From Takakia lepidozioides (lineage: Eukaryota > Plantae > Bryophyta): 64,000 nucleotides of DNA. Under the pieces are notes generated by a model. The model made no database searches and was not told where the DNA came from. It saw only the letters and a program-made list of their open reading frames with translations. The translations under genes and the position numbers were made by a program. Below, in pieces: positions 61,123 to 64,000 of the stretch (positions are counted from its first letter, which is position 1; each line of letters starts with the position of its first letter). The stretch is taken from assembly GCA_030704615.1 (NCBI GenBank), contig CM060734.1, positions 372,001 through 436,000 on the forward strand, read 5' to 3'.

Positions 61123-64000
61123 GAGTCAGTTATTGTTCGTGGATGGGATAATATCCAGAACTAACGTGTCGTTGTTGGTGGACACAGGAGCGTCGCACTC
61201 CTTCATGACACCGGCAACGGCACAAAAGCTGGGACTCCCGACAAGTGACGTGGGGGCCTCTATTGAGGTGCGTTCTGCCAAAGGAGAACCGCAATTGGCG
61301 ACAAGGTTGGCGTTTGATGTTCCTCTTCAACTGGGGAGTTGGGAGGGACGTGAGAACTTCACCATCTGCGAGATCGATGGAATGGATCTCATTTTGGGGA
61401 TGACCTTTTTGAGCAAATCCGGAGCGGTCATAGATGGCCGCAAGAGAGTAGTCACGCTGCCATGTGGGAATGGTGGCGAGGTCTTACGAGTGTCGGAAAC
61501 GCCCAAACCCATGGGAGGGCGAATAAACCTTCTGTCAGCAAGGGAGTGGGCCGCGGAGGAGGCACACGAGCCCCAGTTTTTGCTCTACATTAGAGAAGTG
61601 AAGGGAGAAGGCGATGGGGAGCCGAGCCCAGATTGGATCAAGGGGATTTTGGAGAAATACCAGGATGTGATACCGGAGGATTTACCAAGCGGCTTGCCAC
61701 CGCGAAGAGGAGTTGACCACAAGATTGAGGTGATACCGGGATCGGAACCGCCTGCCAAGGCGCCCTACCGGTTGAGCCACAGAGAGTTGGTCGAGCTGAA
61801 GACTCAGCTCAAAGATCTAATGTCAAAGGCGTACATCCGGCCGAGTAAGTCACCTTACGGAGCCCCGGTGCTATTCGCAGACAAGAAGGATGGGACGCTG
61901 CGGATGTGTGTCGATTACAGGGTTTGAATAAGGTGACTATCAAAAACCGGTACCCTTTGCCAAGGATCGACGACCTTTTCGATCGGTTGGCAGGAGCGAA
62001 GTATTTCAGCCGGATCGATCTGCACTCCGGCTATCATCAAATTTGAGTGGCGGAAGGAGATGAGGAAAAGACCGCGTGCAGGACAAGGTATGGTTCATAT
62101 GAGTTCTTGGTGATGCCTTTTGGACTCACCAACGCTCCCGCGACCTTTAGCACGCTGATGAACAGCCTTTTCCAGGAGTGGTTGGATGACTTTGTGATCG
62201 TGTACATTGACGACATCTTGGTGTATTCAAAAACAAAGGAGGAGCACCTGGAGCACCTCAAAAGGGTGTTCCAGAAATTGCAGGAAGGGAAGTTGTATGC
62301 CAAAGCTTCAAAGTGCAAATTTGGGGTCACAAAAGTGGAGTTCCTGGGGCATGTGATTACACAGGATGGGATCAGAATGGATGACAGGAAGGTGAGGGCA
62401 ATCTTGGACTGGGAGCCTCCGACTTCGGTCCCGGGAGTGCGATCCTTCCTAGGACTCGCCTCCTATTACCGGAAGTATGTGAGAAATTTCGCCAAGATCG
62501 CGGGGCCGCTGTCAGACCTTCTGTGTAAAGTCTGGGCATGGAACACCTTTTGTGGCCAAGCTTTTGCTGAATTGAAGCAGCGGATGGCGGAAGCTCCAGT
62601 CTTGAAAATCCCGGAGTTCGATCGTCCGTTCGAGATTCATACAGATGCATCGGACTTCGCGATTGGGGGTGTACTGATGCAAGATGGACGTCCAGTGGCT
62701 TATGAAAGTAAGAAACTGAATGAAGTGGAGCGACGGTGGCCGACGCACGAGAAAGAGATGAAGGCGGTGGTGCACTGTCTTGAGTTTTGGCGCCACTATG
62801 TTGGTTCCAACCCAGTGAAGGTGTTCACGGACAATGTCACGGTGAAGTATTTTGCCACGCAGCCCAAGTTGTCCCCAAAACAACTTAGGTGGCAAGATAC
62901 TTTGGCGGTGTTCGACGTGGATATCCAGTACAAACCGGGACGGGACAACGTGGTGGCCGATGCTTTAAGTAGAAAGCAACAGCTCTTGTTGGTGTACAGG
63001 GGCGAGACGACGCTCCAAAGGAAGATCCGGAAGGCTTGTCGGAAGGATGAGCTGGCGAAGTCCGTGATGCAGGACTTGAGGATGGGGGTTAAATCGCAGT
63101 TCCACTTGCAAAATGGACTGCTTCGATATAAGCAAAAGCGTCTCTACGTGCCGAAGGGAGGGATCAGAGATAGCCTCTTGAGAGAATGCCATGATAGCCC
63201 GCTTGCGGGCCACGGCAGAGCCAAGCGCACTGCGGCACTCTTGAAGAAAGAGTATTTCTGGCCCAAACTGAGGGAGGAGGCAGAGGAGTATGTCAAGACA
63301 TGCACCACATGCCAACAAAACCGGAGCGAGTACAAAAAGCAAGCGGGGTTGTTACAACCCTTGCCGATTCCAGAGGGGACTTGGGAAAGCGTCTCGATGG
63401 ATTTCATGACTGCTTTGCCGCTGTCAAAAGGATTCGATGCAATCATGGTAGTGGTGGATAGGTTCAGTAAAATGGGCCATTTCATCCCCACCAAGGAGAC
63501 AGCAACGGCGCAAGAAACAGGGCGATTTTACTTCGTCCACGTCTTAAAGCATCATGGAGTCCCGAAGGATATTGTCTCGGACCGCGATTCAAAGTTTACG
63601 AGTAAATTTTGGAGGGCACTTTGGAAGAAGATGGGGATGAGGCTGAAGATGAGCACCACCTTCCGACCTACGACCGACGGCCAAACGGAAAGAGTGAATT
63701 CCGTAGTGAAGCAGATCTTGCGGAATTACGTGTCGGCAGACCAACAGACTGGGTGGAACACTTAGACGCGACAGAGTTCTATTATAATAACACAGAACAC
63801 TCCGCAACGGGAGTTTCCCCTTTCGTATTGGTCTATGGAAAAGCACCTCTGGTGCCGACAAGTTGGGCCGCCCAGGACGTTGAGGAACCGGCAGTAGCGG
63901 CGGTACTGGAAAAACGCGAGCGTTTGTTGAAGCTCGCAAAGTACAACATTGCCAAAGCTAGGAAACGGTATTAAAGGCAGGCGAATCGGAAGCAGAGGGA
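61123..64000 (+). mobile_element. Ty3/Gypsy pol (PR-RT-RH-INT), chromovirus-like, slightly decayed, running off the window
   Basis: [41 protein letters not shown] zinc domain, SMDF, SDRD and DGQTER. Frameshifts at about 61920 and 63750 and a stop at about 62044. Confidence 0.95.

Overview
Repeat-rich nuclear DNA of a land plant, probably a seed-free lineage (inferred from PLS-class PPR fragments and the TE types; the species cannot be determined). Only one intact host gene is evident, a 10-exon choline transporter-like gene (CTL1/CHER1 family, 29356-35026, +). There is also an intronless SKIP35-like ankyrin gene with one in-frame stop. The rest is nested, decayed mobile DNA: several Ty3/Gypsy elements and LTRs, a CACTA DUF4216 fragment, L1-like fragments, a non-LTR element with RNase H plus a restriction-like endonuclease (Dualen/RandI-like), a MITE, tandem arrays and long inverted repeats. 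Main findings: (1) a Gypsy element whose pol carries a complete C5 cytosine methyltransferase between protease and RT, with a PHD finger after integrase; (2) a spliced, apparently transposon-borne beta-class N4C/N6A DNA methyltransferase-like pseudogene; (3) a compact structured RNA (three tetraloop hairpins and an AGUA/GAA motif, with covariation between two copies) at the 3' end of the non-LTR element. All family assignments come from motif recognition by eye; no database searches were run.
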